Under the pieces are notes generated by a model that made no database searches, was not told where the DNA came from, and worked only from the letters and a program-made list of their open reading frames with translations. This document shows positions 9,565 through 20,111 of a DNA stretch of 64,000 bases, one piece after another. Every line of letters begins with the position of its first letter. Within the stretch, counting starts at the first letter, position 1. Made by a program: the position numbers and the translations under genes. Location of the stretch: assembly GCA_964416665.1 (NCBI GenBank), contig CAYQFA010000001.1:40082-104081 (forward strand), read 5' to 3'. Origin of the DNA: an uncultured Candidatus Saccharibacteria bacterium (GTDB lineage: Bacteria > Patescibacteriota > Minisyncoccia > UBA6257 > 2-01-FULL-56-20).

Positions 9565-10347
9565 ATGAAAGTCGTGATTCTATGCGGTGGCTACGGTACG
9601 CGAATAAGGGACGTAGCCGATGATATCCCGAAGCCGATGATCCCGATCGGGGATCGGCCCATCGTGTGGCACATCATGAAGTATTATTCCACCTTCGGGC
9701 ATAATGATTTTGTTTTATGCCTTGGATATAAGAGTGAGGTGATCAAGAATTACTTCGTGAATTACGAAGCCCGGGCCAACGACATCCAGATAACGCTGGG
9801 AAAAGACAGTGGCGTCGGTTATGCCACGGCTCACGACGAAGCGGGTTGGAAGATCACAATGGCCGAAACGGGTTTGAACGCTCTGACCGGCGCCAGGATA
9901 AATCGGATCAAAAAATATATAGGAGACGATAAATATTTTATGCTGACCTACGGCGATGGCGTCGGCGATGTCGATATTGATGCTCTTTTGGCTTTCCATA
10001 AATCTCACGGTAAAATAGCGACCTTGACCGGAGTGCGGCCGCCGGGTCGTTTCGGTGAGCTTGAGATAGGCCCCAACAAGGAAGTTTTGGGGTTCAACGA
10101 GAAGCCGCAGGCGAGCGCCGGGCGGATCAATGGAGGTTTCTTTATTCTGAACACCGAGGTTTTCGATTATCTTTCCGACGACGAGAGATTGATGTTCGAG
10201 CAGGAACCGATCAAAAAATTGGTGGCTGACGGCCAGTTGATGGTCTTTGAGCACGATGGGTTTTGGCAGCCGATGGACACATCGAGGGATTATGCGCTGT
10301 TGAACGGTCTTTATAATGATAAAAAAGCGCCATGGATAAAGTGGTGA
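9565..10347 (+). CDS. rfbF: glucose-1-phosphate cytidylyltransferase
   Basis: 260 aa. Nucleotidyltransferase N-terminus MKVVILCGGYGTRIR and RfbF-like body (…YGDGVGDVDIDAL…). Confidence 0.8.
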   Translation: MKVVILCGGYGTRIRDVADDIPKPMIPIGDRPIVWHIMKYYSTFGHNDFVLCLGYKSEVIKNYFVNYEARANDIQITLGKDSGVGYATAHDEAGWKITMAETGLNALTGARINRIKKYIGDDKYFMLTYGDGVGDVDIDALLAFHKSHGKIATLTGVRPPGRFGELEIGPNKEVLGFNEKPQASAGRINGGFFILNTEVFDYLSDDERLMFEQEPIKKLVADGQLMVFEHDGFWQPMDTSRDYALLNGLYNDKKAPWIKW

Positions 10348-11456
10348 GCAGGAAAAAATTATTTGGGGGTGTTTACCAAGGGAAGAAGGTGCTTGTCACC
10401 GGGCACACGGGATTCAAGGGAAGCTGGCTGACGGCCTGGCTTCTGCAGCTTGGAGCGGACGTGTATGGGATATCGAACGGTATTCCAACCAAGCCGTCTC
10501 ACTTCGAGGAATTAGGGTTGAGAAAAAAAATCGTCCATTTCGAGGAGGATGTGCGCGATCTGGACGTCATGGTAAAGATCGTGAAGAAGGTCAAGCCTGA
10601 TTTTCTGTTCCACCTTGCGGCGCAACCCATCGTGTCTTTGTCATACACCGATCCGATAAAGACCGTCACCTCGAATGTCGTCGGAACCGCCAATATATTG
10701 GAGGCTTTGCGTTTGGCCGATCGAAAATGTGTCGCGGTCATCATCACGAGCGATAAATGCTACGACAACGTAGAACAGATCTGGGGGTACAAAGAAGGCG
10801 ATACTTTGGGAGGAAAAGATGTCTATAGCGGATCCAAGGGAGCTGCCGAGCTTATTTGCAAATCGTATTATCATTCATTTTTCAAGAACAATAGTCCCGT
10901 CCGCATGGCTACCGCGAGAGCGGGAAATGTCATAGGTGGCGGCGATTGGGCGGCTGACCGGATCGTGCCCGATTGCATGAGGGCATGGTCAAAAAATAAA
11001 ACTGTCGCGATCCGCAGCCCGAAGGCAACAAGGCCGTGGCAACATGTTTTGGAGCCGCTGAGCGGATATTTATTGTTGGGAGAAGCGTTGCTGGGCGACG
11101 CTTCATTGTCCGGTTCAAGCTTCAACTTCGGGCCGAGGTCCGATTATACGCAGACGGTGCAAACGGTTTTGGAAGATCTGAGCGCCTGCTGGCAGTTTTC
11201 TTCCCCGAAGGAAGCTTATGCGGTCGTCGATGGGACGAAGTTCCACGAGGCCGGACTGCTGAAACTGAATTGTGAAAAGGCGGCATACTATTTAAAATGG
11301 TCTCCCGTTCTTGATTATAAAACCTGTGTTGATTTTACCGGAAAATGGTACTTTTCTTTCTATAAGAAAAAAGAGGATATGATGGATTACACCCTGAACC
11401 AGATAAAAGAGTATGAGCGGCTGGCCGCCGCCATGAAACTGCCATGGACAAATTGA
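10332..11456 (+). CDS. rfbG: CDP-glucose 4,6-dehydratase
   Basis: 374 aa SDR-fold protein with VLVTGHTGFKGSWL and the catalytic YSGSKGAAE motif. Overlaps rfbF by 16 nt. Confidence 0.8.
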   Translation: MDKVVSRKKLFGGVYQGKKVLVTGHTGFKGSWLTAWLLQLGADVYGISNGIPTKPSHFEELGLRKKIVHFEEDVRDLDVMVKIVKKVKPDFLFHLAAQPIVSLSYTDPIKTVTSNVVGTANILEALRLADRKCVAVIITSDKCYDNVEQIWGYKEGDTLGGKDVYSGSKGAAELICKSYYHSFFKNNSPVRMATARAGNVIGGGDWAADRIVPDCMRAWSKNKTVAIRSPKATRPWQHVLEPLSGYLLLGEALLGDASLSGSSFNFGPRSDYTQTVQTVLEDLSACWQFSSPKEAYAVVDGTKFHEAGLLKLNCEKAAYYLKWSPVLDYKTCVDFTGKWYFSFYKKKEDMMDYTLNQIKEYERLAAAMKLPWTN

Positions 11457-11878
11457 TCTCGGGGGTCGTTCTTACTCCACTCAAGGTCATCGCCAATCCG
11501 CTTGGGGACGTGTACCACGGCATGAAAAAATCCGATCCCGGTTTCGCCGGCTTTGGAGAGGCTTATTTTTCCACCGTTAATAAAGGTGATATCAAATCTT
11601 GGAAAAAACATACTTCGATGACCTTGAACCTCGTCGTACCCGTCGGGGCGATTCGTTTTGTCGTTCATGATGACAGGGAGGGGAGCGAGACCAAAGGTTT
11701 ATTCAACGATTTCACGCTTTCTCTGGATAATTATCAACGGCTCACGGTGCCACCGGGAGTGTGGATGGCCTTTCAGGGCGTCGGTGAGAAAAATCTTTTA
11801 TTGAACGTTGCCAATTTGGAACACGTGCCGGAGGAGGGCGCCCGCGTCGAGCTCGGAACATTTCCTTATCGCTGGTAA
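11444..11878 (+). CDS. RmlC-like cupin sugar-nucleotide 3,5-epimerase/isomerase
   Basis: 144-aa cupin. Has the RmlC-family layout (…FGEAYFSTV…VPPGVWMAFQ…). Overlaps rfbG. Confidence 0.55.
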   Translation: MDKLISGVVLTPLKVIANPLGDVYHGMKKSDPGFAGFGEAYFSTVNKGDIKSWKKHTSMTLNLVVPVGAIRFVVHDDREGSETKGLFNDFTLSLDNYQRLTVPPGVWMAFQGVGEKNLLLNVANLEHVPEEGARVELGTFPYRW

Positions 11879-11879
11879 T

Positions 11880-12860
11880 ATGCGGATATTCATTACCGGG
11901 GCAAGCGGATATCTGGGAGCGCGGATCAGTAAGTTTTTCGCAGATAGGGGAGATCAGGTCTTTACGCTATGTTTTTCTGCGATTCCCGACGATCCGGAGT
12001 GGGTGAATGCCATGGAGGAGGTTCTTGTTGGCGATGTCCGCGATGAGAACTTAATGAAGGAGGTCGCCAACAAAAAGATGGACGCCATTATACACTTGGT
12101 GTCCCTGGACCAGAAACAATCCGGTGGGTTGCCGTCGTTCGTGTCATCCGTCAACGTGGCGCCGACATGGAGTTTGCTTGACGTCTTTTCCGGGCAGGGA
12201 CTCAAGCAATTCATCTATTTTTCCACCGTCCATGTCTACGGCAACCTCGACGCGTTGGGCGGCGAAACCATAACGGAGAGCAGGGAATTGGATTGCAAAA
12301 ATCCTTATGCCCTCACGCATGCGTTGGGCGAGGAGATCTGCGATTATTATGCTAAGACGTCGGACACGGCTTGCACGATTCTCAGACTATCGAACAGCTA
12401 TGGAAGTCCCGTGCTCCTGAACGCCAATTGTTGGCAACTCGTAGTGAACAATCTATGCAAGAGCGCTTTTGAAAAAAAGAAGATTGAATTGTCGGGGGAT
12501 GGTTCTTCGATGAGGGATTTCATCCACGGGGACGATGTTTGCCGGGCCGTCGAGGCCGTGATGGATCGGTCGGCCGTTCGTGCTCCCGCCGCGGATATCT
12601 TCAATGTCTCCTCCGGCACGGCCCTCACGGTATTGGAGCTCGCTGGGGTGGTACGAGAAGAATATCAAAGGCGTTACGGAGAGAACATTCCCGTATCAAC
12701 ATCAAACGGCGCTTGCGATAATTTTGATTTGTTCAAGGACAAAGCGAAGTACACTATTTCAAACACCGGTCTGAAAAATATAGGTTTTGTGCCAAAAAAC
12801 GACTTGAAAGACGGTATCAATGGCCTCTTTTCTTTCTTAGAGCTGAACAATAAAGCGTGA
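11880..12860 (+). CDS. NAD-dependent epimerase/dehydratase (SDR); likely 4-reductase/epimerase of the CDP-6-deoxyhexose branch
   Basis: ATG at 11880 directly after the upstream stop (MRIFITGASGYLGARI…). YxxxK-type SDR features are present. Confidence 0.6.
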   Translation: MRIFITGASGYLGARISKFFADRGDQVFTLCFSAIPDDPEWVNAMEEVLVGDVRDENLMKEVANKKMDAIIHLVSLDQKQSGGLPSFVSSVNVAPTWSLLDVFSGQGLKQFIYFSTVHVYGNLDALGGETITESRELDCKNPYALTHALGEEICDYYAKTSDTACTILRLSNSYGSPVLLNANCWQLVVNNLCKSAFEKKKIELSGDGSSMRDFIHGDDVCRAVEAVMDRSAVRAPAADIFNVSSGTALTVLELAGVVREEYQRRYGENIPVSTSNGACDNFDLFKDKAKYTISNTGLKNIGFVPKNDLKDGINGLFSFLELNNKA

Positions 12861-12872
12861 TACAATGTGGGG

Positions 12873-13781
12873 ATGGCTCGCAAAATAACCGTTCTTCTTA
12901 TGGGTGGGTTGGGCAATCAGATGTTCCAGTATGCGGCCGGTTTTAGCCTTGCAAAAAAGAACAACGCGCAGCTTTTCCTCGACACGACGCTTCTCAACGA
13001 CCGTTTTCCGCGGAAGGAATTTACCTTTCGCACACTGGATCTTGATATTTTTGGCATCGCGCCGAATTTTACGACGTTTTCGAAGGTCTCTCAAGCGATG
13101 CCGATTCCCGGCGTCTGGCTCGGCATAGATTATTCGTTGATAAAAGCGAGGGATGTTCTCGGGATCCAAAAAACGATAAAAGAGCGATCTCCCGTGTTCG
13201 ACCCCGATATTTTCAATATGGAAAGTAACGCTCTCTTGTTCGGATATTGGCAAAGCGAAAAATATTTTGAAAACGTAAAGGACGACCTTCGCGCCGTCTT
13301 CGATTTCAAGATCCCGCTTGCAGGCGTAGCAAAAGAAATCGCGGAAAAGATAAAAAGTACCAACTCAGTCGCACTTTTTGTGCGCCGCGGGGATTACGTT
13401 AACTTTGCGCGTGTGCGCGCGGAAATGGGCGATACCAACATAACGTACTATAAAAATGCCATTACTTACATCGCGGAACGCGTCAATAATCCCGCGTTCT
13501 TTATCTTTTCGAACGATATCGAGTGGTGCAGGGACAATTTGAAAATTCCTTTTCCTGCCATGTATATAGACAACGATCCGGCGAAGGTCGGCCCCAAGTT
13601 CTCTTATCAATTGCAGCACATGTCCCTTTGTAAGCACAATATCATCGCGAACAGCACGTTTCCCTGGTGGGGTGCGTGGTTGAATCCGAACCCACAGAAA
13701 ATAGTGATCGCGCCGCGCCAGTGGAACCTTCTTTTGCCGAGTGGGCAGGGTCCGGTACCTTCAGACTGGATAAAAATGTAG
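12873..13781 (+). CDS. glycosyltransferase family 11 (alpha-1,2-fucosyltransferase-like)
   Basis: GT11 motifs are present: N-terminal GGLGNQMFQYA and the HVRRGDY-type motif (LFVRRGDYVNF). The track start at 12867 is GTG; the first ATG is at 12873. Confidence 0.7.
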   Translation: MARKITVLLMGGLGNQMFQYAAGFSLAKKNNAQLFLDTTLLNDRFPRKEFTFRTLDLDIFGIAPNFTTFSKVSQAMPIPGVWLGIDYSLIKARDVLGIQKTIKERSPVFDPDIFNMESNALLFGYWQSEKYFENVKDDLRAVFDFKIPLAGVAKEIAEKIKSTNSVALFVRRGDYVNFARVRAEMGDTNITYYKNAITYIAERVNNPAFFIFSNDIEWCRDNLKIPFPAMYIDNDPAKVGPKFSYQLQHMSLCKHNIIANSTFPWWGAWLNPNPQKIVIAPRQWNLLLPSGQGPVPSDWIKM

Positions 13782-13786
13782 CATCC

Positions 13787-14815
13787 ATGAAGAAGTATTT
13801 TTATATTCTGAACCATCCTCTTTGTCCGACCCCGTATACCCACCGTTTTTTTGTCGAGAAATTCGCTTCGGGTTTCACCTACCATGGCTATGAGGTGAAG
13901 CTGATCTCGTCACCGCAGGAGATCGTGGGCCCGGGCGTGATGATGATCTACGATGCCGGATTTTATTTCTATTGGAACGATGGCATAAGGAATCTTCGTC
14001 GGGATTTTTTCATCATTGTCGACAGGGCTTTCAAAGCGCTGAAGTTAACGTGGTTCTCCGATCTCTGTTGGCATCTTCGCAAGAAGGCGATCATGCAATT
14101 TGCCCCGACGTTGAAAGAAAAGAATGTGGTATTGTTGGGATGGTTCTGGTTCTGGCAGAAGAAATTTTTCGACGACAACAGCATAAAGATCGTCTACACC
14201 GGTGAATACTTCTATCGAGAACCGGTTCACCGGCATCGTAAGGCGTGGTGGCATTTTTATACTGAGAATCGTGAGGGCCATGCGTTACCCATCCAGTTCG
14301 CCGCCGCGATGGATCCTCTCGTCGTAGGGTCGGATCCGGAAGCGAAAAGGGATATTATGGTATCATTCGTAGGGGAGCGAAAGTATAAGCCCGACTGGCA
14401 GGCCCTGTTCAATAAGCGGTCGGACTGTCGGATCGTGCCTACTCCTCCCTACATTCCCGAACTCGAGCGAATTGATATTTATAAGAGAAGTCTTGTTTCC
14501 TTAGGGCTTGAAGGATGTCCTCTTATAAGAGATGGGCTTGTGACGGAAAGGATTTTTGAGGCCTTGGCATACGGGGCCGTGTGCATTACCAACCATGATG
14601 AAGCCGTTGAAGCGACGAACGGCGCCGCGGTCTTTGCAAAGGATGCAAACGATGCGGAGGAGAAGGTGAAATATTTTTCCGCCGATAGGGCCGCAGCGAC
14701 GAGGCAGAGGGCGTTGGGATTTCGGTTTGTGAAAGAACAGGGGACATATGCTCATCAGGCAGGGAAATTCATTGCACTTATAGAAGGCGGTGTTCAGCAA
14801 AATTCTCATTTGTAA
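13787..14815 (+). CDS. putative glycosyltransferase (GT1/GT4-like C-terminal domain)
   Basis: ATG at 13787 (MKKYFYILNHP…) follows the upstream stop at 13781. The C-terminal region ERIFEALAYGAVCIT resembles the GT-B donor-binding fold. Confidence 0.4.
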   Translation: MKKYFYILNHPLCPTPYTHRFFVEKFASGFTYHGYEVKLISSPQEIVGPGVMMIYDAGFYFYWNDGIRNLRRDFFIIVDRAFKALKLTWFSDLCWHLRKKAIMQFAPTLKEKNVVLLGWFWFWQKKFFDDNSIKIVYTGEYFYREPVHRHRKAWWHFYTENREGHALPIQFAAAMDPLVVGSDPEAKRDIMVSFVGERKYKPDWQALFNKRSDCRIVPTPPYIPELERIDIYKRSLVSLGLEGCPLIRDGLVTERIFEALAYGAVCITNHDEAVEATNGAAVFAKDANDAEEKVKYFSADRAAATRQRALGFRFVKEQGTYAHQAGKFIALIEGGVQQNSHL

Positions 14816-14817
14816 CA

Positions 14818-15486
14818 ATGGACATAAGAAAAAAATTTTTAGGTGTCGGTAAGACCATCAGGGATGCTATTCTTTACGATAAGTATCAAAAGATACACTT
14901 ACAATTTCTCAAAGATTTTGGGGAGGACACCTTGCGTCTTGATTACGACTTTCTTACCGAAGATTCGGTGGTCTTTGATTTAGGTGGCTATCGCGGGCAG
15001 TCGACAAGCGATCTGTTCTCGAAATATGGGCCGAATATGTATGTTTTTGAGCCAGTCGAGGAGTATGCTGATTTTCTTCGCAAAAGATTTGCGAGGAGGA
15101 GCAACAAGATAAAAATATTCCAATTTGGACTTGGCAGTAGGACCGAAGAACAAACAATAAAGCTCGAGGCCGAAGGGTCAAGTACTTATAAATCGGCAGG
15201 CGACACTTCTATACATATCGAGGATTTTATGGAATTTGTAAAAAGGGAAAAAATTGAAAAGATCGACCTCCTGGAGATAAATATCGAAGGTGGAGAATAT
15301 GATGTGCTGCCATATTTAATAGAGACGGGATATATTAAAAACATACGTGCGTTACAGATACAATTTCACAACTTAATGAAAGACGCGCCGCAAAGGGTTG
15401 CCAAGATAAGGGAGGGGCTCGCAAAGACCCATGTTTGTGATTATAGCTACGATTTTAGCTGGGATGGTTGGACGTTGAAAAAATAA
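14818..15486 (+). CDS. FkbM-family SAM-dependent methyltransferase
   Basis: FDLGGYRGQST…VFEP…IDLLEINIEGGEYDVL, the FkbM-domain signature. Confidence 0.65.
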   Translation: MDIRKKFLGVGKTIRDAILYDKYQKIHLQFLKDFGEDTLRLDYDFLTEDSVVFDLGGYRGQSTSDLFSKYGPNMYVFEPVEEYADFLRKRFARRSNKIKIFQFGLGSRTEEQTIKLEAEGSSTYKSAGDTSIHIEDFMEFVKREKIEKIDLLEINIEGGEYDVLPYLIETGYIKNIRALQIQFHNLMKDAPQRVAKIREGLAKTHVCDYSYDFSWDGWTLKK

Positions 15487-15508
15487 AGATGGATAGAATT
15501 TCAACGCT

Positions 15509-16285
15509 ATGGATTATATATTGAAAAAGATAAGATTTTTATATAAAGAGCAGGGGATACTCGGCCCAACCCGCGCGCTTGGTCGGAAGATCTATTATTA
15601 TGGTATCCGAATTCCCGGACATTTTTTTTCCTACCTTTGGGCAGTGACGATAAGGAGGAAGAGATTTCCAACATTCGCCTTTGAGGGGAAGACCTACGAC
15701 TATCTTTGCAGCTATAAGAATTTTGCGTGGCTGTCGGAAAGGACAGCCGAGGTTCCCATCGCCGCCGGGTATATGCGGGACGCGCTCGCGAAGGGGAGTC
15801 GGGTTTTGGAGGTTGGCGATGTTCTCCGGCAGTATACCGGCCTGCGCGCGCAAGACATTGTCGATAAGTATGAGTATCGCAAAGGTATTATTAACGAGGA
15901 TATCGAAGAATTTGTGCCCAAGGAGCGCTATGATTTCATTGTGAGCGTTTCCACCATGGAACACGTGGGTTGGGATGCGCCGGATATTCGCGATCCCGAA
16001 AAATCCGCCCGTGTGATGCGCCTGTTCAAAGATAAATTCCTTACCCCCGGAGGAATGGGCGTCATCACGCTTCCCGTGGGTCAGAATCCCGAGCTTGATA
16101 AACGCCTGCGTGCCCACGCCCTTCCTTTCACAGAAACCTATTTTTTGAAGAGGATATCGAAAGAGAACGAATGGGTGGAAACCGACGAGGCTGACGCGTT
16201 CACGAAAAAATATCACTCGCCTTTTCCCAACGCGAACGCCATTGTTATTGGTATTATTCGGGCAGAAGGGAAAGACAAGGCATGA
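15509..16285 (+). CDS. class I SAM-dependent methyltransferase-like protein
   Basis: VLEVGDVL…FIVSVSTMEHVG resembles methyltransferase motifs I and post-I. Confidence 0.4.
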   Translation: MDYILKKIRFLYKEQGILGPTRALGRKIYYYGIRIPGHFFSYLWAVTIRRKRFPTFAFEGKTYDYLCSYKNFAWLSERTAEVPIAAGYMRDALAKGSRVLEVGDVLRQYTGLRAQDIVDKYEYRKGIINEDIEEFVPKERYDFIVSVSTMEHVGWDAPDIRDPEKSARVMRLFKDKFLTPGGMGVITLPVGQNPELDKRLRAHALPFTETYFLKRISKENEWVETDEADAFTKKYHSPFPNANAIVIGIIRAEGKDKA

Positions 16286-17352
16286 TAAGAATATTCTCCA
16301 TAAAACCATTTTCGGGGAGTCCCACCGATGGCATTGATAATGTGAATAGTGCCGTATTCAAGCGTCTTGATCTTGCGCGCATAGAATTCCACTCTGAAAT
16401 GGCAGACGGCATTTTGGAAGAGGGGAGCATAAAAAAGTTGGCGATGGGGCCACGCGGGGGGATAAGGAAGATCATTCATAAAATAATCTTGCTGCGGCGC
16501 ATGAATCCCGAATATTTATTTGGGATAGGGACCGTCTCCGACGTCGTCTTTATATTGGCGAAACCTCGCCGGACGAAATATGTGATCGCATGGCACACCG
16601 TCCTTTTTAAGAATAGCTCGTCATGGCGCGTTCGTACGCCCTGGTTCTTGAGGGTTTTCATTTTCAATCGCGCAGACTTTATTATCACCGTCTCTACGTT
16701 TTCGGCTGACGCAATACGACATTTTTTCCCACACAAGAAAGTCATTGTTATATTAAACGGCGTGGATGTAACTCTTTTCGACACCGTCCGGGGAGATCAG
16801 GGTTATTTGCACGAAAAATATCACATCGATTTTTCGAAGCCAGTTATGGTATTCGTGGGCGCCATGAGCGAGAGAAAGCGGCCGGATATCTTCTTCAAGC
16901 TCTCGGAGGACTTTCCGGGGGCAAACTTCGTTGCAGTCGGAAGGGATCCCGTGGGTTGGGATTTTCTCCGCTCTCCGCGCTCCGCTCATTTTCAGTGGAT
17001 AGAGTCGATGCCCCGCGAAGATATCGCCCGTCTTTTTGCGGCGAGTAGAATATTTGTTTTTCCCAGCCTGAACGATGCTTCGGCAGCGGTTATTTTGGAG
17101 GCGATGGCATCCGGGTGCGTCCCCATCGTTTCGAGAAGCGGGGGGAGCCCGGAATTCTTTAAGGAGGGTGTTAGTGGATTTTCCATTCCTGTAGACGACG
17201 AGGAAATAGCGGCCTTCTCTCAGAGAATAAAGCTACTTCTCGGCGATGCCGTTTTCGACCCAGCGCGATTGATGGCGCGAAAAGAGGCGGAACAGCACTC
17301 CCTGGACGCTGTTGCCAAGCAATACGAAAAAATTTTTGAAGAAAATGTCTAA
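16282..17352 (+). CDS. glycosyltransferase family 4 (GT-B, Glycos_transf_1)
   Basis: C-terminal EAMASGCVPIVSRSGGSPEF and an EX7E-like motif. ATGA overlap with the upstream gene. Confidence 0.75.
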   Translation: MIRIFSIKPFSGSPTDGIDNVNSAVFKRLDLARIEFHSEMADGILEEGSIKKLAMGPRGGIRKIIHKIILLRRMNPEYLFGIGTVSDVVFILAKPRRTKYVIAWHTVLFKNSSSWRVRTPWFLRVFIFNRADFIITVSTFSADAIRHFFPHKKVIVILNGVDVTLFDTVRGDQGYLHEKYHIDFSKPVMVFVGAMSERKRPDIFFKLSEDFPGANFVAVGRDPVGWDFLRSPRSAHFQWIESMPREDIARLFAASRIFVFPSLNDASAAVILEAMASGCVPIVSRSGGSPEFFKEGVSGFSIPVDDEEIAAFSQRIKLLLGDAVFDPARLMARKEAEQHSLDAVAKQYEKIFEENV

Positions 17353-18220
17353 TCAAGACACCGAGCGGCAGTGTTTAGCCTTAGTCTCGATCATTATCCC
17401 CTCGTACAACTCCGCGGCATATGTCCGGGAGGCGGTGGATTCGGCTCTTGGGCAGACGTACACGAAAAAGGAGGTGATCGTCGTTGACGACGGCTCGACG
17501 GACGATATTGCCGAGATCCTCCAACCCTATGTTCGTGAGCAAAAAATAATTTATATCCATCAGGAGAACAAGGGATTGCCGGCGGCACGGAATACGGGGA
17601 TAAAGGCTTCGCATGGCGAGTTCATCGCGCTTCTCGATTCGGACGATATTTTCTTGCCGAACAAGATCGAGCGGCAGGTCGCGTATCTTCGGCAGCATCC
17701 TGATTGCGGCGTGTGCTATTGCGACATGTACCAGTTTTACGAAGAGGAGCCGGAAAGGCTGCTAAAATTGGACTATACCTATTACTCGGGTGACGATGTT
17801 TTTCCGAACCTCCTCCGCATGAATTTCATAGGTCCACTTACGGTGGTTTTGCGCAAGAGCGAGATTGATCGGGTCGGTCTTTTTGATGAGACATATCGTC
17901 GTTCCGAGGATTGGGAATATTGGGTACGACTGGCGCAACATGGCGTGCGGTTCGAACATCTTCCCGAGATGCTTGCGAAATATCGTATGCGCAGGATGAG
18001 CGCATCCCACGATTGGAAATCCGAGATCCAGAGGAAGGCGACGACCTTGCAGATCATCGAGGCTGCAAATGCGGCAATGACGTCGGAGGAGCGGCGGAGG
18101 TACGGCATGACGGCGATACTCCGCATGCATCGTGGTAAACTATGGTATGCGTACGCGGGAACGTATTTCCCGCCGTTGCGATGGTTGCTCACATGGAGAC
18201 AAAAAAACCGCCTCAAGTAA
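17345..18220 (+). CDS. glycosyltransferase family 2
   Basis: SIIIPSYNSAAYVREAVDSALGQTY…VIVVDDGSTDD…LDSDD. The ATG at 17345 overlaps the upstream stop. Confidence 0.75.
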   Translation: MSNQDTERQCLALVSIIIPSYNSAAYVREAVDSALGQTYTKKEVIVVDDGSTDDIAEILQPYVREQKIIYIHQENKGLPAARNTGIKASHGEFIALLDSDDIFLPNKIERQVAYLRQHPDCGVCYCDMYQFYEEEPERLLKLDYTYYSGDDVFPNLLRMNFIGPLTVVLRKSEIDRVGLFDETYRRSEDWEYWVRLAQHGVRFEHLPEMLAKYRMRRMSASHDWKSEIQRKATTLQIIEAANAAMTSEERRRYGMTAILRMHRGKLWYAYAGTYFPPLRWLLTWRQKNRLK

Positions 18221-19029
18221 GTATAATATTGCCGACCTACAATCGTTCCGTGCAGTTGCGCCGTGCGATTGGGAGTGTCCTTGAACAAAGTTTTACCGAC
18301 TGGGAGCTCATCGTGGTTGATGACGCTTCGACTGATGATACCCCGGCGGTAGTGCGTGCGATCAGCGCGCACGATTCGCGGGTGGTGTATGTTCGCAACG
18401 AGAAGAACAACTATCCCGATATCGCGCGAACGCTCAATCGCGGCATCGAATACGCGCGCGGCTCGCTGATCGCGCGCATTGATGACGATGATTATTGGAT
18501 AGATGATGACAAGCTCGAAAAGCAGGTCTCATTTTTTGAGCGTCACTCCGACTGCGCGGTGGTCGGGAGCGGCATGGTGCTGGTCGATCCCAACGGACAC
18601 GAGATCGCGCGGTATTTAAAAAAAGAGACCGATCAGGAGATCAGAAAGACGGCGTTATTCGCCAACCCGTTCTCGCACACCACCGTCATGTTTCGCGCCG
18701 ATCTCGCGCGCAAGGTCGGGGGGTATGGTGATTGGCGCTACGCGGAGGATTGGGACCTCTGGCTTAAAATGGGCTGCGTCGGCACACTCTATAATTTTCC
18801 GGAATATTTTGCGGCCTATACGGTGAGCGGCAAGAACAAGTCGTTCGTCTATCTTCGTGCGCAGACGAAAATGAACTTCAAATTCCTTGCGCTTCACAAG
18901 AACGAATATCCCGGCTATACGAAGGCCTACGTGATCAACCTGCTGCAATATATCTACTCCTTCCTTCCCGTCGCACTGCGACGACGCTTTCAGTCGGTGC
19001 TGTCGAATCTAAAACGGCGTCTGTTCTAA
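18193..19029 (+). CDS. glycosyltransferase family 2
   Basis: SIILPTYNRSVQLRRAIGSVLEQSF…LIVVDDASTDDT…IDDDD. The ATG at 18193 overlaps the upstream gene. Confidence 0.75.
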   Translation: METKKPPQVSIILPTYNRSVQLRRAIGSVLEQSFTDWELIVVDDASTDDTPAVVRAISAHDSRVVYVRNEKNNYPDIARTLNRGIEYARGSLIARIDDDDYWIDDDKLEKQVSFFERHSDCAVVGSGMVLVDPNGHEIARYLKKETDQEIRKTALFANPFSHTTVMFRADLARKVGGYGDWRYAEDWDLWLKMGCVGTLYNFPEYFAAYTVSGKNKSFVYLRAQTKMNFKFLALHKNEYPGYTKAYVINLLQYIYSFLPVALRRRFQSVLSNLKRRLF

Positions 19030-19087
19030 CGGTCGCCTGCGCAGATGCGCAGTTGACGTTTGGGCCATATTCTAGGAGAATTAAGAC

Positions 19088-20104
19088 ATGATTGTTTCAC
19101 GTGCGCCGATGCGCGTCAGTTTTGTTGGGGGAGGCACCGACCTTCCTGATTTTTATAAACGCTATCCCGGGCGGGTTATTTCGACGAGCATCGACAAATT
19201 CGTCCATGTGGTGCTGAACCGCACGCCGCTCATCGACAAGATCTCTGCCCGTTATAATATCGCGGAAACCGTTGACTATCCGAGCGAACTTAAGCATACG
19301 AGGATCAAGGCGGCCCTGCTCGATCTTGAAATCACAAAGGGCCTTGAGATCGGTTCTTTCGCAACACTTCCGCAGAGCACCGGCATGGGTTCATCGTCCA
19401 GTTTTTCTGTGGCGCTTATCAAGGCGCTTTATGCCTATCAGGGAAAAAGGATAGGAAAGCGCGAGGTTGCCGAGGCGGCGTCGCGCTTGGAGATCGAATT
19501 GGTAGGCGAGCCGATCGGGAAACAGGACCAGTACGCCGCCGCATTCGGCGGATTCAACATCTTTCAATTCAACGCCGACGGAACGGTGGACGTGAAGCCG
19601 ATCCTTCTTGACTACAAGAAGTCGTTTGATTTCCAGAACCATATTCTGGTGTTCTTCACGGGTGTCACGCGTTCGGCCTCAAGTGTTCTCACCGAGCAAA
19701 AGAGCAATATTGATAAAAAATTCGAGACGCTCAAAGAGATGTCGGATTCCGTTCCGGAGTTTGAGGCGCGTCTTTTGAAGGGCGACATAAAGGGCCTGGG
19801 AGGCATGTTGCATGATGGGTGGGTCAAGAAAAAAACACTGTCGTCCAACGTTTCGAATTCCGTCATCGATGGCCTTTATGAGGCCGGTATGGCGAACGGC
19901 GCGTGGGGCGGAAAGGTGCTTGGGGCAGGCGGCGGAGGCTGCGTCATGTTCGTTGTTCCCCCCGAGAAACGCGCAGCTGTTCATTCCGAGCTTATAAAAA
20001 AGGCCGCCGGGCTCGATCTGGCGGGTGCGAAGGAGATACCGATCGGCTTCATCCAATCGGGCGTCGAGATTGTGCACAACAGCGACAAAAATATCTCACT
20101 CTAA
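19088..20104 (+). CDS. hddA: D-glycero-alpha-D-manno-heptose 7-phosphate kinase (GHMP kinase)
   Basis: N-terminus MIVSRAPMRVSFVGGGTDLPDFY plus the GHMP ATP-binding loop PQSTGMGSSSSFSVA. Confidence 0.75.
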   Translation: MIVSRAPMRVSFVGGGTDLPDFYKRYPGRVISTSIDKFVHVVLNRTPLIDKISARYNIAETVDYPSELKHTRIKAALLDLEITKGLEIGSFATLPQSTGMGSSSSFSVALIKALYAYQGKRIGKREVAEAASRLEIELVGEPIGKQDQYAAAFGGFNIFQFNADGTVDVKPILLDYKKSFDFQNHILVFFTGVTRSASSVLTEQKSNIDKKFETLKEMSDSVPEFEARLLKGDIKGLGGMLHDGWVKKKTLSSNVSNSVIDGLYEAGMANGAWGGKVLGAGGGGCVMFVVPPEKRAAVHSELIKKAAGLDLAGAKEIPIGFIQSGVEIVHNSDKNISL

Positions 20105-20111
20105 AAAAACC

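Noticed and set aside
15539-16309. 256-aa ORF on the - strand
   Set aside because: Antisense to the methyltransferase gene 15509-16285. The + strand frame has methyltransferase motifs; the - frame has none.
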